NCBI GenBank assembly: GCA_964016885.1
Contig: OZ024741.1
Span: 58,714,001 to 58,778,000 of the forward strand
Reading direction: 5' to 3'
Length of the DNA stretch: 64,000 nt
Source: Eledone cirrhosa
Lineage: Eukaryota
Shown: positions 1 through 13,333 of the stretch, piece by piece
Layout: each line of letters starts with the position of its first letter
Position numbering within the stretch: the first letter of the stretch is position 1
Notes under the pieces: generated by a model
What the model was told of the DNA's origin: nothing
Seen by the model: the letters and a program-made list of their open reading frames with translations, nothing else
Databases searched by the model: none
Program-made: the position numbers and the translations under genes

Positions 1-886
1 CCACATAACCGTATCTGAAGCTGTATACATATATCATTTTTACTTCTGCCTTACTATGTATACACAAAACAAAAAGCATTACCTTAGGTTTCAAGGGCCA
101 GTTAACATCTCTTGCTACCGTTGATATATGGTCTGGACTCTTCAAGTATCTTGCAAGTAATTTTATATGGGACTCCTTTATCATTTAATTTCCAAACTCT
201 TTTTGCCAGGACTGTGCTTCTTTCACTAACTGCAGAATTTTCTGTGTGTAATGTCTGCATCATACACAATGGATTTTATATTACATTTCTATTGCAGAAA
301 GCAGTTCCCCTTAATCCTACAAGAGCAACTTACATTTACATCAAGTTTGTTCTCTGCAATAACTTTAGGTCTCATACACACCACAGGAATAGGATATCTT
401 CATGGAATTCCGATTGAATATTTTACTGTATCTATGTTACTCTGATTATATGTGAATGGGTTTATATACCCATCAAATACATGTTTCCTTGTGGTCGATT
501 GGGGGTCCAATTAGATCCAAAAATCGATTAAGGATGTTTATAATTTTTTTTACAATTTACAAGGAAATTCATGTTTACATGCCTACATATTAGATATGTG
601 TATATACTTATACACATTGGTGCAGTCTCAGTTACTATGTATTTATACAGATTTAACTTTTTCATACACGTTGGCTGCTATCACACTTCTTGCTATATAT
701 AAATATATCTGCCAAGCCGATAATCCATATAAGATGAAACAATTGTCCTCGACAATGGTTAATTAACTGTTGTGGAATCACTGCTACCAAACTTGTCCCA
801 CGGACTGAGTGCTCTACTACTGCAGATATAACCTACCAGTGTTCTACCACTGTATATATATACATACTTTTTCTGAAGTGAAAGGT

Positions 887-1045
887 GAAGGCGCATGGCT
901 TAGTGGGGTTAGAGCATTGGGCTTGCAATCGAATGGTTGTGAGTTCAATTCTCGGACCGGGTGATGTTGTTTCCTTGAGCAAGACACTTTATTTCACGTT
1001 GCTCCAGTTTACTCAGCTGTAGAAATGAGATGATAGGACTGGAGT
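887..1045 (+). mobile_element. tRNA-derived SINE, 5' head and central domain only
   Basis: A-box TGGCTTAGTGG, B-box GTTCAATTC, then TTTCCTTGAGCAAGACACTTTATTTCAC; matches the head of the complete copies at 24007-24353 and 42792-43124. Confidence 0.75.
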
Positions 1046-1155
1046 GTCAATCATTAAATTACCCAAGACACCTCCAACAAGATACCTTGGAGGAGGCCAG
1101 GTGTGATCTGTCACACACACACACTTTTCCTATATATATATATATATATATATAT

Positions 1156-3665
1156 TTTACTCAACGCCTACGACAGTAAAGAAGAACAGATAGAGACATT
1201 CAATGTAGAAGAGCACTGGGAGTTCCTAAAAAATAACTTACTAGAGGCGACGGATGAGATCTGTGGCTGGAGTAAGACCACAAGCAGGAGGAGAGTGACT
1301 TGGTGGTGGAACAATAAGGTAGATGAGGCAGTTAAGGCCAAGAGACAGGCATGGAAAGAATGGAAGAATGGGGGAAGCAGGGTACATTACATAGAGACCA
1401 AGAGGGAAGCTAGGCGACAAGTATACTTAGCTAGGAGGGAAGCAGAGGATAGAAAATTCAAGCATGTTTTGCAACGTGAGGACCAGAAACAGGAGGTGTT
1501 CAAGATTGTGAGGCAGTGTGTCAGAGAGAATTGTGATGTCATTGGAGAGAAGTGTATCCGGAATGATAAAGGTGAGCTTGCCCTCACAAGTGCTGAGAAG
1601 AAAGATGCATGGAAGAGCCATTATGATAGATTACTAAATGAGGAGAATGCATGGGAAGAAGAGACCCTACCCCAAGTATACCCTATAGTGGGGCCAGCAG
1701 TACAAGTCAGCAGCAGTGTAGTAAGTAAGGCAATCAAAGATATGAAGATGGGGAAGGCAACCGGTCCATCGGGTATAGCTGCCGAGATGCTGAAGGCATC
1801 TGGGTCTGTAGGTCACACTATAACCACACGTATTGTTAACCAGGTAATACTAGAAGGTGTCATACCAAAAGATTGGTGCAGTAGCATCATTGTCAACTGC
1901 TACAAAGGTAAAGGCGATGCACTAGATTGAGGAAACTATAGAGGTATAAAGCTGATGGACCAGGTCATGAAAGTAACAGAAAGAGTTATAGCACAGTTGA
2001 TTAGGGACCGGGTGAAACTAGATGAGATGCAATTTGGGTTTGTACCAGGAAGAGGCACCACTGATGCCCTCTTCCTTGTGAGGCAGTTAGAGGAAAAGTA
2101 CCTAGCTAAAAGTAAGCCACTCTACCTGGCATTCGTCGATCTCAAGAAAGCCTTTGACAGAGTTCCACGTGCTATAATCTGGTGGGCTCTTAGAAAACTA
2201 GGAGTAGATGAATGGCTTGTGAAAGCTGTACAAGCCATGTATAGGGGAGCAGTCAGCAAAGTTAGGATTAGCAATGAGTATAGCGAGGAATTTAGCGTAC
2301 AGGTTGGTGTCCACCAGGGCTCTGTTCTTAGCCCTCTCCTGTTCATCATAGTCCTGCAGGCAATAACGGAGGAGTTTAAGACCGGATGCCCATGGGAACT
2401 CCTGTATGCAGATGACCTCGCACTTATAGCTGAATCTATGGTAGAACTAGAGAAGAAATTCCAAACTTGGAAGCAGGGACTAGAAAGAAAGGGTCTCAAA
2501 GTCAACATGACAAAGACTAAGGTTCTTGTAAGTAGACGAGAAAACAGAACCCAGATCCCCTCAGGGAAATGGCCTGGCTCAGTGTGTAGGTAGGAACTCC
2601 ATTCTCTGCCCCAAATGCAAACAATGGGTACACAAGAGACGTAGCGGGATCTCAGGAAGCTTAATTAAGAATGTAGGCTTCACATGTAGCAGCTGTGCTG
2701 GGACAGCAAGCAGCAAACAGCAAACAGCTACAGGAAACAAGTACCACCAATCTCTGGGAGGGCTCTGTAGAAACAGTAGACAGCTTCTGCTACCTAGGTG
2801 ACCGAATTAGCAGCAGAGGTGGGTGTTCAGAAAGTACAATAACTAGGGTAAGAACGGGATGGAAGAAGTTCAGGGAACTACTGCCACTGCTAGCTGCAAA
2901 AGGCTTCTCCCTCAAAATGAAAGGCAGACTGTATGATGCGTGTATCCGAACAGCAATGTTACATGGTAGTGAGACCTGGGCACTGAAGGTGGAAGACTTA
3001 CATAGATTACAAAGAAACGAAGCCTGCATGCTCCAATGGATGTGTAATAGTAATATACGCGAATGGCAAAGCATAAATGAATTGAGAGAGAGACTGAGCA
3101 TGAGAGGAATAAAATGCTGTGTGCAGGAGAGGCGGTTGCGTTGGTATGGACATGTGATGCGTATGAAGGATAACAGCTGCATAAAAAGGTGCAGAGCACT
3201 AGAAGTCAATGGAAACCGCGGAGTGGGGAGACCCAAGAAGACCTGGGATGAGGTGATAAAAGCCGACCTTACCCAATTACACCTCTCAAAGGCGATGACA
3301 CACGACCGTGACCTCTGGCGTCACGCAGTAATACAGAGTACCCAACCTCCCATGGGTACAAGCTGAAGTATATAGACAATATGCCCCCACACCCTCCCAC
3401 TGCAAAGTGGTCGTGGAGGTGCCACGGCAAAAAAGCACCCAGCCCACACTGTAAAGTGGACATGTAGGCGCCACGGAAAAAAGCACCCAGCACTCACTGT
3501 AAATGAGGTTGGGGTTAGGAAGGGCATCCAGCTGGAGACATCAAGTCAAAATCAGTTCCTGTATGAGCAAGGCATGATCAGCCGACCAGACACTGCCCAC
3601 AACAGGACAACCCGTCTAACCCATGCTAGCATGGAAGAACGGACGTAAAACGGTGATGATGATGA
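1156..3665 (+). mobile_element. RTE-clade LINE, subfamily A, 5'-truncated and inactivated
   Basis: ORFs 1103-1930, 1955-2593 and 2695-3366 give RT motifs (QFGF, FVDLKKAFD, GVHQGSVLSP, YADD) and an RTE C-terminus ([16 protein letters not shown]); stop at 1928-1930; frameshifts near 2590 and 2700; 3'UTR ends in (GAT)n; 5' end abuts (TA)n. Confidence 0.93.
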
Positions 3666-5415
3666 ATCGTTACCACCATGAGTTTTAGGTCCATTTTTTT
3701 CTATGCTGGCATGTGCTGGACAAGTTTTTTTGTGGTGGAATTCTATGATGAGATGCCTTTCTTGATGCCTCTCCTTACTTGTTTTTTAAGTAAGACACTG
3801 AGTGCATCTTATTGTGTGGCTAATGCTACCTTTTTACAGAGTGGACTGGATACAGTTCATAACACCAACACTACCACTTTACAGAGTGAACTGACTGTAT
3901 TTTATTAAAACCAGCACAACCACTTTACAGAGTGAACTGGATGCATTTTATTGTGGTGCTAACACCTACTTGTAAAACTTGCTTTGTTACTTTTCACTTA
4001 ACTACTACTGAACCAAGTCTTTTTAAATTATTATTGATTCAATATCATTTATTATTCAACTAATAAATCTTACTGTCTTTTGTTTTCTTGGTGTATTATA
4101 GTTTTTATTTATATCTATCTTATCTTGTTTAGATCCTCTTTCCTCATTTTCATCTCAACATACGCTGTCTTGGGAAAAAGCCCAACCCGCTAGGTTTGAG
4201 TGGGCTTTTCAATCGAGTCAGTGACCAAGAGCTTCTTGAGAAATGGTGGTAGTGCAATAAAATAAACTCAGTACATTCTGCAAAGTTGTTGGTGTCAGGA
4301 AGGAAGCACATCCCACCATAAAACTATGCCAAAATATGGAACATATAAGCAAGCTCTGATTCCCTGACTCCTCTAGTTTTGGACTGTGATGATCCATCCA
4401 GCTCGTGCCAGCATGAAAAGTGGACATAAAATGATGATGATGTTAGTTGTATATATATATATATATCACCATCATCATCATATATGTAAATAAGACCATT
4501 ATTGCTCCAATCAGTCTACTAACCCTCGGCAAACGCCCTAAACTGAACACCAATCTGTAGCCATGATTACTACCAAACCAAATCATGCTCACTCTCCAAA
4601 TTCGGCAAATCAAATGTGGACCATACATCCTCTCAAACTCGAACACGAACTTTAGTTATCAGACACTTAATTTTCTCTGGTTATTCTCTGAATTATTTGT
4701 TTCCTGATTAACTTCATTATTTTCACTGCTATTTCATTAACTATCCCAAAGCAATTATATATATTTTCCACATTATAAGCACTTAATATCAATATCATAA
4801 CCCTAAAAACAAATGAATTATTGTTGTTATTGTTGTTATTAGTCTTATATTCATAGTGTTCTATCACTGTATTACTCAGCACAGCTGTGTGCCTTGGGTT
4901 TGTACAATGTTATGTTTTCTTCTTATAGTTGTTGTTTTTATTGTATTGAAAGTACTCTATATAATATATATGCAGTGCCTAGTAGTGTTATTTGCTATAA
5001 CTCTTTAAAATTTAAACATTCACATATACACAATGCATTTCCTGTCTCAGTCACGTTGCTACAATTAGATTTTCACTTTCCTTGTCTCTGTAAATAGTTG
5101 TTTCTCTAAAGTTACTCATACATTTAATCTTGTAAGTCATTTGTAATGTTGTTATATCCTAGAATTAAATTGAAATATGTTTATCTTAATCATTTCCATG
5201 TGTCAGTAATCAATATAAACTATGGGGATTTTCTTATGCAATTCATTAATTTATCAGTTTGTATGATTGTTCATATAGCTAGTAATCTTGATATGTGTGG
5301 CATACTACCCTTGGAATCCAAAAATTAAATACTTCTATACTATTGCCAACAAAAATATATATATATATATATAATGTTTATTAATTCTTCTCTCTTTTTC
5401 GTGTCTTTATCTTAG

Positions 5416-5586
5416 GTACCGTGATTTTCCAAAGGTTGACAGTGCTCATCTTCCAGTTGAAACACACCGCAAATACATATGTAACTTTCTAGGCACAATT
5501 TATCCAAATTCCTCCAGAGAAACATTAATTGAAACTTTAAAGTCCAGCCAACATGGAAAACAATGTTATTACAAAGTTCGTCATGA
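5416..5586 (+). CDS. RXYLT1: Ribitol-5-phosphate xylosyltransferase 1 (TMEM5), internal coding exon
   Basis: Pyrimidine tract plus TTAG acceptor, GTAAGT donor at 5587. Translates YRDFPKVDSAHLPVETHRKYICNFLGTIYPNSSRETLIETLKSSQHGKQCYYKVRHE, matching the recalled TMEM5 motifs YRNFP...CNFLGTIYENSSR. Splices in frame to 33925. Absent from the ORF track. Confidence 0.9.
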
Positions 5587-6481
5587 GTAAGTGACTATTA
5601 TAGATGATAATAAAATAACTATTGTAGAGGTGTATGTAAAATATATTCATGTATAATAGACATATAATCTTGCTTATTTACAAGGTACTCATGCAAAGAA
5701 GCTAATAACTACTTACCTATAGATTTTGCAATTTGCAAACACTGCATCAGAAATGTATTTGCAAAATCTATATCATTGATGATGGATTAACAATATTCTC
5801 ACATGGTTACTGGGGTAGCTGTGAGGTAGTGGTGATCACAACTTAAAATTGCTACAGCAAGACTATATTTATGTTTATTCATTGTCTGTGTTTTATTCAT
5901 GCCTCATTTTCAATGACATTAGTGTCAGTTTCATCCTGATATGTTACTTGTTTATGTCATTTTGAAAATAATCCTGAGCAATGTTAAATCTATTTTTTAT
6001 AACATTGTTGACACCATCAGGTGAAGTAGTACTGTCTATAATATTAGAACTATGAAACTATTCAATAGACAACTGAATTACAGTGGAGAAGTTTCTGTTT
6101 TGCCTTTGTTTTCTCTGTATACACTGTCCATGTATGTCTATCTGCCATCTTAGGGCTAATTCTTAATTATATAAGGCACAACTCTCTCTCTAGTGTTGGT
6201 GATCTTTATGATAAATGCACCCAGTACACTTTGTAAAGCGCTTGATGATAGGAAAAGTATCTAGCTAAAGGATACCAGCCAAACAAAGAGTCAAGAAGAG
6301 TCTTCAGCTGTTTCAAAGACATGATAACCTCCCTAGTGCTGGTGCCACAATGAAATGCACTCAATAGAGAGCAGGAACATATGTAAGCAAGATTTGGACC
6401 CCCACCCCAATAATGAGGTTATTATCCCTGCTTAAGTACTGACAACCTATCCAACTCTTGTTAACAGGGACATTAAATAAC

Positions 6482-6666
6482 AATTGTTTCTACTTTTGGG
6501 ACAAGGCCAGCAATTACCCAGTGTATTACTGCTACTTTATTTTATCGACCCCGTAAGGATGAAAGGCAAAGTTAACCTCAGCGGGATTTGAACTCAGAAT
6601 GGCAAGGGCCATAACTCTATGCGTCAAAGCATGGCGTCTGACCCTCTACCGATACTGCCAATCCAC
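6482..6666 (-). mobile_element. SINE family 2 (~190 bp)
   Basis: Reverse complement has TGGCAGTATCGG, GAGTTCAAATCCC and GCCTTTCATCCTTACGGGGTCGATAAAATAAAG; at least 10 related copies in the window. Confidence 0.8.
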
Positions 6667-6798
6667 AATAATGATATATATATATACTCCTTTCACCATG
6701 TTTATACCTTTAACATTTAAATTTAATATGCATGGTGATGTAAAACTATTATTTTAACCTCTTGTGGTCTGTAATTAAAAACTTTGCCTTTAATATCT

Positions 6799-6838
6799 GC
6801 CTCCGACGACCCCCATTGGGCGAAACATGTGTAAGAGC
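6799..6838 (+). ncRNA. Degenerate minimal hammerhead-ribozyme-like motif (Penelope-like element remnant)
   Basis: CCGACGA-C-CCC-CATT-GGG-C-GAAA-C-ATGT-GTA layout; two deviations from the active core. Confidence 0.4.
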
Positions 6839-6896
6839 TATATAAAGATATGTTTTAATGGCTTGGAACTCCTTCATTAATTCTTTTGCTTATATA

Positions 6897-6939
<43 letters not shown>

Positions 6940-6988
6940 GTATATACACATATATATATGTATATAAATATATGTATATAAATATATG

Positions 6989-7027
<39 letters not shown>

Positions 7028-7636
7028 CATCATCATCATCATCATCATCATCAACGTTTAACGTCCGTGTTCCACGCTTGCATGGGTTTGGACGGGGGTA
7101 GTCCCACTTGAGGCAAGAGTGATTGTCTTGCTCGCATAGGACTGTCTGGCAGGTTTTCTACAGTTGGATGCCCTTCCTAACACCAACCACATTTACAGTG
7201 TGGGTCTGGGAGGTTTTTACCGTGTTGCCTACACGGCCACATTACAGCGTGGACTGTGTGTTTTTTTGTCGTGACACCTACACGATCTCATTTGTTTCGG
7301 CCCGGATGGCGCGGCACCAACATAACTTTACATAGGACGGGGTGGTGTGGATGGGGTGGGGGTGGTGGTGGTGGGACGGGGTGTATTTTGTTAGAGATGC
7401 CTACTGGCAAGGCGGGTCTTCTCTGTTACTGAGTACCGCCAAAGGTCTCGGTCCAGTGACATTGTCTTGGAGAGGTGTAAGTGTGTGAGGTCGGAGTTTA
7501 TCAGCTCGTCCCAGGTTTTTCTAGGTCTGCCTATTCCGTGGCTACCGTCTATCTTTATTGCCCTGCACTTTGTTATACAGCTATCGACTTTCATGCGCAT
7601 CACGTGTCCATACCAACGTAGCCTTCTCTCGAGTAA
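7028..7636 (-). mobile_element. RTE LINE subfamily B, 3' fragment
   Basis: (CAT)n tail on +, 3'UTR and C-terminal ORF (GRPRKTWDELI); near-identical to 13334-13953; TA repeats on both sides. Confidence 0.9.
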
Positions 7637-7679
7637 TATATATATATATATGTATATATATGTATATATATATATATGT

Positions 7680-8832
7680 CATCATCATCATCATCATCAC
7701 CGTTTTACGTCCGTTCTTCCACGCTAGCATGGGTTAGACGGGTTGTCCTGTTGTGGGCAGTGTCTGGTCGGCTGACCATGCCTTGCTCATACAGGAACTG
7801 ATCTGGCTTGATTTCTACAGCTGGATGCCCTTCCTAACACCAACCTCATTTACAGTGAGTGCTGGGTGCTTTTTCGTGGCGCCTACACGTCCACTTTACA
7901 GTGTGGGCTGGGTGCTTTTTTGCCGTGGCACCTCCACGACCACCTTGCGGTGGGGGGGGGGAGCATATTGTTTATATGCTTCAGCATGTACCCATGGGAG
8001 GTCGGGTACCCTGTATTACTGCGTGACGCCAGAAGTCACGGTCGTGTGTCATTGACTTTGAGAGGTGTAGTTGGGTAAGGTCGGCTTTTATCACCTCATC
8101 CCAAGTCATCTTGGGTCTCCCCACTCCGCGGTTTCCATCAACTTCTAGTGCTCTGCACCTTTTTATGCAGCTGTCATCCTTCATACGCATCACATGTCCA
8201 TACCAGCGTAACCGCCTCTCCTGCACGCAGCATTTGATTCCTCTTATGCTCAGTCTCTCTCTCAATTCATTTATGCTTTGTCGTTCACGTATATTACTGT
8301 TACACATCCATCGGAGCATGCAGGCTTCGTTTCTCTCTAATCTACGTAGGTCTTCCACCTTCAGCGCCCAGGTCTCACTACCATGCAACATCGCTGTTCG
8401 GATACACGCATCATACAGTCTGCCTTTCATTCTGAGGGAAAAGCCTTTTGCAGCTAGCAGTGGTAGTAGTTCCCTAAACTTCTTTCATCCCGTTCTTACC
8501 CTAGTTATTGTACTTTCTGAGCACCCACCTCCGTTGCTAATTCGGTCACCTAGGTAGCAGAAGCTGTCTACTGTTTCTACAGGGCCCTCCCAGAGATTGG
8601 TGGTACTTGTTTCCTGTGGCTGTTTGCTTGCTGTTTCAGCACAGCTGCTGCATGTGAATCCTACATTCTTAATTAAGCTTCCTGAGATCCCGCTACATCT
8701 CTTGTGTACCCATTGTTTGCATTTGGGGCAAAGAATGGAGTTCCTACCTACACCTTTCCTACATACTGAGCAAGGCCATTTCCCTGAGGGGATCTGGGTT
8801 CTGTTTTCTCGTCTACTTATAAGGACCTTAGT
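7680..8832 (-). mobile_element. RTE LINE subfamily A, 3' fragment
   Basis: ORF 7981-8430 is near-identical to the C-terminal part of ORF 2695-3366; includes the Cys/His finger region; (CAT)n tail; TA flanks. Confidence 0.92.
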
Positions 8833-8839
8833 ATGTATG

Positions 8840-8874
<35 letters not shown>

Positions 8875-8889
8875 GTATATATATGTATG

Positions 8890-8922
<33 letters not shown>

Positions 8923-9097
8923 GTGTATATATATATATTTGTATATATATATATGTGTATATATATATATGTGTATATATATATATGTGTATATATATAT
9001 ATGTGTATATATATATATGTGTATATATATATATGTGTATATATATATATGTGTATATATATATATGTGTATATGTATATGTGTATATGTATATATG

Positions 9098-9146
<49 letters not shown>

Positions 9147-9267
9147 GTATATATGTATATATATATATGTATATATGTATATATATATATGTATATATAT
9201 GTATATATATATATGTATATATATGTATATATATATATGTCTATATATATATGTCTATATATATATG

Positions 9268-9318
<51 letters not shown>

Positions 9319-9367
9319 GTATATATATATATGTATATGTATATATATATCTGTATATATATATATG

Positions 9368-9398
<31 letters not shown>

Positions 9399-9449
9399 GT
9401 ACATATATATTTATATATGTATATATATATATGTATATATTTATATATG

Positions 9450-9480
<31 letters not shown>

Positions 9481-9680
9481 GTATATATATATATGTATAT
9501 ATTTATATATGTATATATATATATGTATATATATATATGTATATATATGTATATATATATGTATATATATATGTATATATATATATGTATATATATATAT
9601 GTATATATATATATGTATATATATATATGTGTATGTATATATATATATGTATATATATATATATGTATTTAAATATATAT
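8833..9680. repeat. Interrupted (TA)n microsatellite array
   Basis: TA runs punctuated mainly by G. Confidence 0.95.
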
Positions 9681-10204
9681 TTACCTCAGCTGCGTTTCTG
9701 TCTGTTTCTCTCTTACTGCTTCCCCATTCTCTCTGTTTCTCTCACCTTCTTTCGCCCCTTCTGTCAGTTACACTTTCTCTCGACTGACCTCTTCCTCACA
9801 CTTCCACTCACTCACTCTCTGTTTCTCCCCCTTTCACTTCCTCCCGTTTGGCTTGTGTGGGTCTCTTCTTGCTCACATCTCACACACATCAACACGGTCT
9901 GTACCTCTCTCGCTCATGAAATCTACCCAGCTTATGCTGACGGGACAACCATGTTGCTTGTTTATTTTCCTATCTTCGGTTTGCTTTTATCCTTCTATGT
10001 TCTTTACTTGTCCCCCTCGCCTTACGCGAATTCTGGTCCCAATAACTTGTTTTAGTTATTGCTAGCACCAACCTGAGGTATCTGATTTTTAATGCGATGA
10101 AATACCAATGATGGTTGGAAAATCACTGACGAAGGACTATTTTAATCATATGTAACCCATGTACAAACCACGCAGTATTCTTCTTTCTTCTCATGTTTTT
10201 TTAA
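9681..10204 (+). mobile_element. Unclassified TA-embedded repeat fragment, possibly a Penelope-like 3' end
   Basis: CT-rich tract, a CTGACGAAGGAC half-hammerhead motif near 10126, ends directly in (TA)n. Confidence 0.35.
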
Positions 10205-10209
10205 ATATA

Positions 10210-10260
<51 letters not shown>

Positions 10261-10301
10261 GTATATATATATATGTATATATATATATGTATATATATAT
10301 G

Positions 10302-10335
<34 letters not shown>

Positions 10336-11179
10336 TATGTGTATATATATATATATATATATGTGTCTATATATATATGTATATATATATATGTATATAT
10401 ATATATATGTATATGTATGTATATATATATGTATATATATATATATGTATATGTATGTATATATATATGTATATATATATGTATATATGTGTAAATATAT
10501 ATATATGTATATGTATGTATATATATATGTATATATATATATATGTATATGTATGTATATATATATGTATATATATATGTATATATATATGTATATATAT
10601 ATATATATGTATATATATATGTATATATATATGTATATATATATATATATGTATATATGTATATGTATATATGTATATGTATATATATGTTTATGTATAT
10701 ATATATGTATATATGTATATGTATATATATGTATATGTATATATATATGTATATATGTATATATATGTATATGTATATGTATATATATATGTATATGTAT
10801 ATATATATGTATATGTATATATATGTATATGTATATATATGTATATGTATATATATATGTATATATATATATATGTATATGTATATATATATGTATATAT
10901 GTGTATATGTATATATATATATATGTATATGTATATATATATGTATATATGTATATGTATATATATATGTATATATGTGTATATGTATATGTATATATAT
11001 GTATATATATATATATATGTGTATATATATATGTATATGTATATATATGTATATATATATATGTGTATATATATATGTATATATATATGTATATATATAT
11101 ATGTATATATATATATATGTATATATATATGTATATATATATATGTATATATATATGTATATATATATATGTATATGTG

Positions 11180-11210
<31 letters not shown>

Positions 11211-11317
11211 GTATATATGTATATATATGTATATATATATATGTATATATGTATATATATGTATATATATATATGTATATATGTATGTATATGTATATAT
11301 ATGTATATATATATATG

Positions 11318-11348
<31 letters not shown>

Positions 11349-11610
11349 GTATATGTATATATATATGTATATGTATATATATATATGTATATGTATATAT
11401 ATATATGTATATGTATATATGTATATATATATGTATATATATATATGTATATATATATATGTATATATATATATGTATATATATCATGTATATATATATG
11501 TATATATATATGTATATATATATGTATATATATGTATATATATATATGTATATATATATGTATATATATGTATATATATATATGTATATATATATGTGTA
11601 TATATATATG

Positions 11611-11641
<31 letters not shown>

Positions 11642-11658
11642 GTATATATATATGTATG

Positions 11659-11689
<31 letters not shown>

Positions 11690-11805
11690 GTAAATATATA
11701 TGTATATATATATATATGTAAATATATATGTATATATATGTATATATATATGTATATACATATGTATATATATATGTATGTATATATGTATGTATATGTA
11801 TATAT
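10205..11805. repeat. Interrupted (TA)n/(TATATG)n array
   Basis: About 1.6 kb of TA with G interruptions. Confidence 0.95.
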
Positions 11806-12413
11806 TTGTGTCAGGTCACCAGTTGGTGCTACTGGTAACATGTATCCCAGTACAACCTGTCTCATGGTCGGGTCGTTGGCGACTAAACTGGCAACCCCAC
11901 CAAGGTTTCTTGGTGAGGAGGGTGACTTTGGACATCCTGCAGGACTAAAAACAAAACCTGTCAGAGGGCAAAGGAGCTCTTAAGAGTCAATGGCCATCCA
12001 AAATCACCGGGAGAGATGACCCCTTAGCCTTTGTCAAGGCAGAATTCTAGGAGATGGAAAACTCTGATATAACACCTGCAACCCTGATGGTATCCAATGA
12101 TGTTGACTTGTTCTTCTTTTTGGTAAATATCATCTTGGTTAAGAGAGTGGGACTGGCTTTGTGCAGTGCCTTTGCTCACTATAAAAGCTTCACGGCACAG
12201 GCATTGCTTTATATCTGGAGAGATCTCTGCACTTGTCGTCACATGGTACCATGGGCCCAGCACTATGTGTCAATAACTGTCACAAGTGTAGTGTTTGTAC
12301 CAGAGTTTTCAAGTCGCTGGCTGGGCTAAAATGTCACACTCGTTCAGCACATCGGTAGGGGTTCTCCTACATATAAAGTAGTGGCCGTACTCGAAAACGA
12401 GTTGGCAGCCACC
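11806..12413 (+). mobile_element. Bipartite non-autonomous RTE derivative (5'UTR joined to 3' end with C2H2 remnant)
   Basis: RTE-type 5'UTR motif GGAGATGGAAAACTCTGAT; 12278-12358 reads [26 protein letters not shown]; terminal CTCG-AAAA-CGAG hairpin; no RT. Confidence 0.6.
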
Positions 12414-12564
12414 ATATGTATATATATATGTATGTATATATATATGTATGTATATGTATATATATGTATATATATGTATATGTATATATATATGTATATG
12501 TATGTATATGTATATGTATATATATATGTATATGTATATATATATGTATATGTATATATATATG

Positions 12565-12597
<33 letters not shown>

Positions 12598-12626
12598 GTA
12601 TATATATGTATATGTATATATATATG

Positions 12627-12661
<35 letters not shown>

Positions 12662-13333
12662 GTATATATATGTATATGTATATATGTATGTATATGTGTA
12701 TATATGTATGTATATGTATATATATGTATGTATATGTATGTATATGTATATATATATATGTATATATATATATGTATATATATATATGTATATGTATATA
12801 TATGTATATGTATATATATGTATATATATATGTATATATCTATGTATATATCTATGTATATATATATATGTATATATCTATGTATATATCTATGTATATA
12901 TCTATATGTATATATCTATATGTATATATACATGTATATATCTATATGTATATATCTATATGTATATATCTATGTATATATCTATGTATATATCTATATG
13001 TATATATCTATGTATATATCTATGTATATATCTATATGTATATATCTATATGTATATATGCATATGTATATATATGTATATATATATATGTATATATGTA
13101 TATATGTATATATATGTATATATATGTATATAGGTATATATATATATGTATATATATGTGTGTATATATATATATATGTATATATATATATGTATATATA
13201 TGTATGTATGTGTATATATATATGTATATATATGTATATATATGTATATATATGTATATGTATGTATATGTATATGTATGTATATATTTATATATGTGTA
13301 TATGTATGTATATATTTATATATGTATATATAT
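12414..13333. repeat. Interrupted (TA)n array with a TATATCTATG sub-block
   Basis: Direct reading; the C-containing variant is mostly confined to ~12835-13050. Confidence 0.95.

Noticed and set aside
1-540. Possible decayed piggyBac transposase or terminal region
   Set aside because: Only vague motif hints and no coherent frame; needs a profile search
2122-3236. Antisense ORFs over the RTE copies (also 8111-8557, 13911-14858, 25657-26382)
   Set aside because: Shadow frames of the RT coding strand; they recur only because the element is repeated
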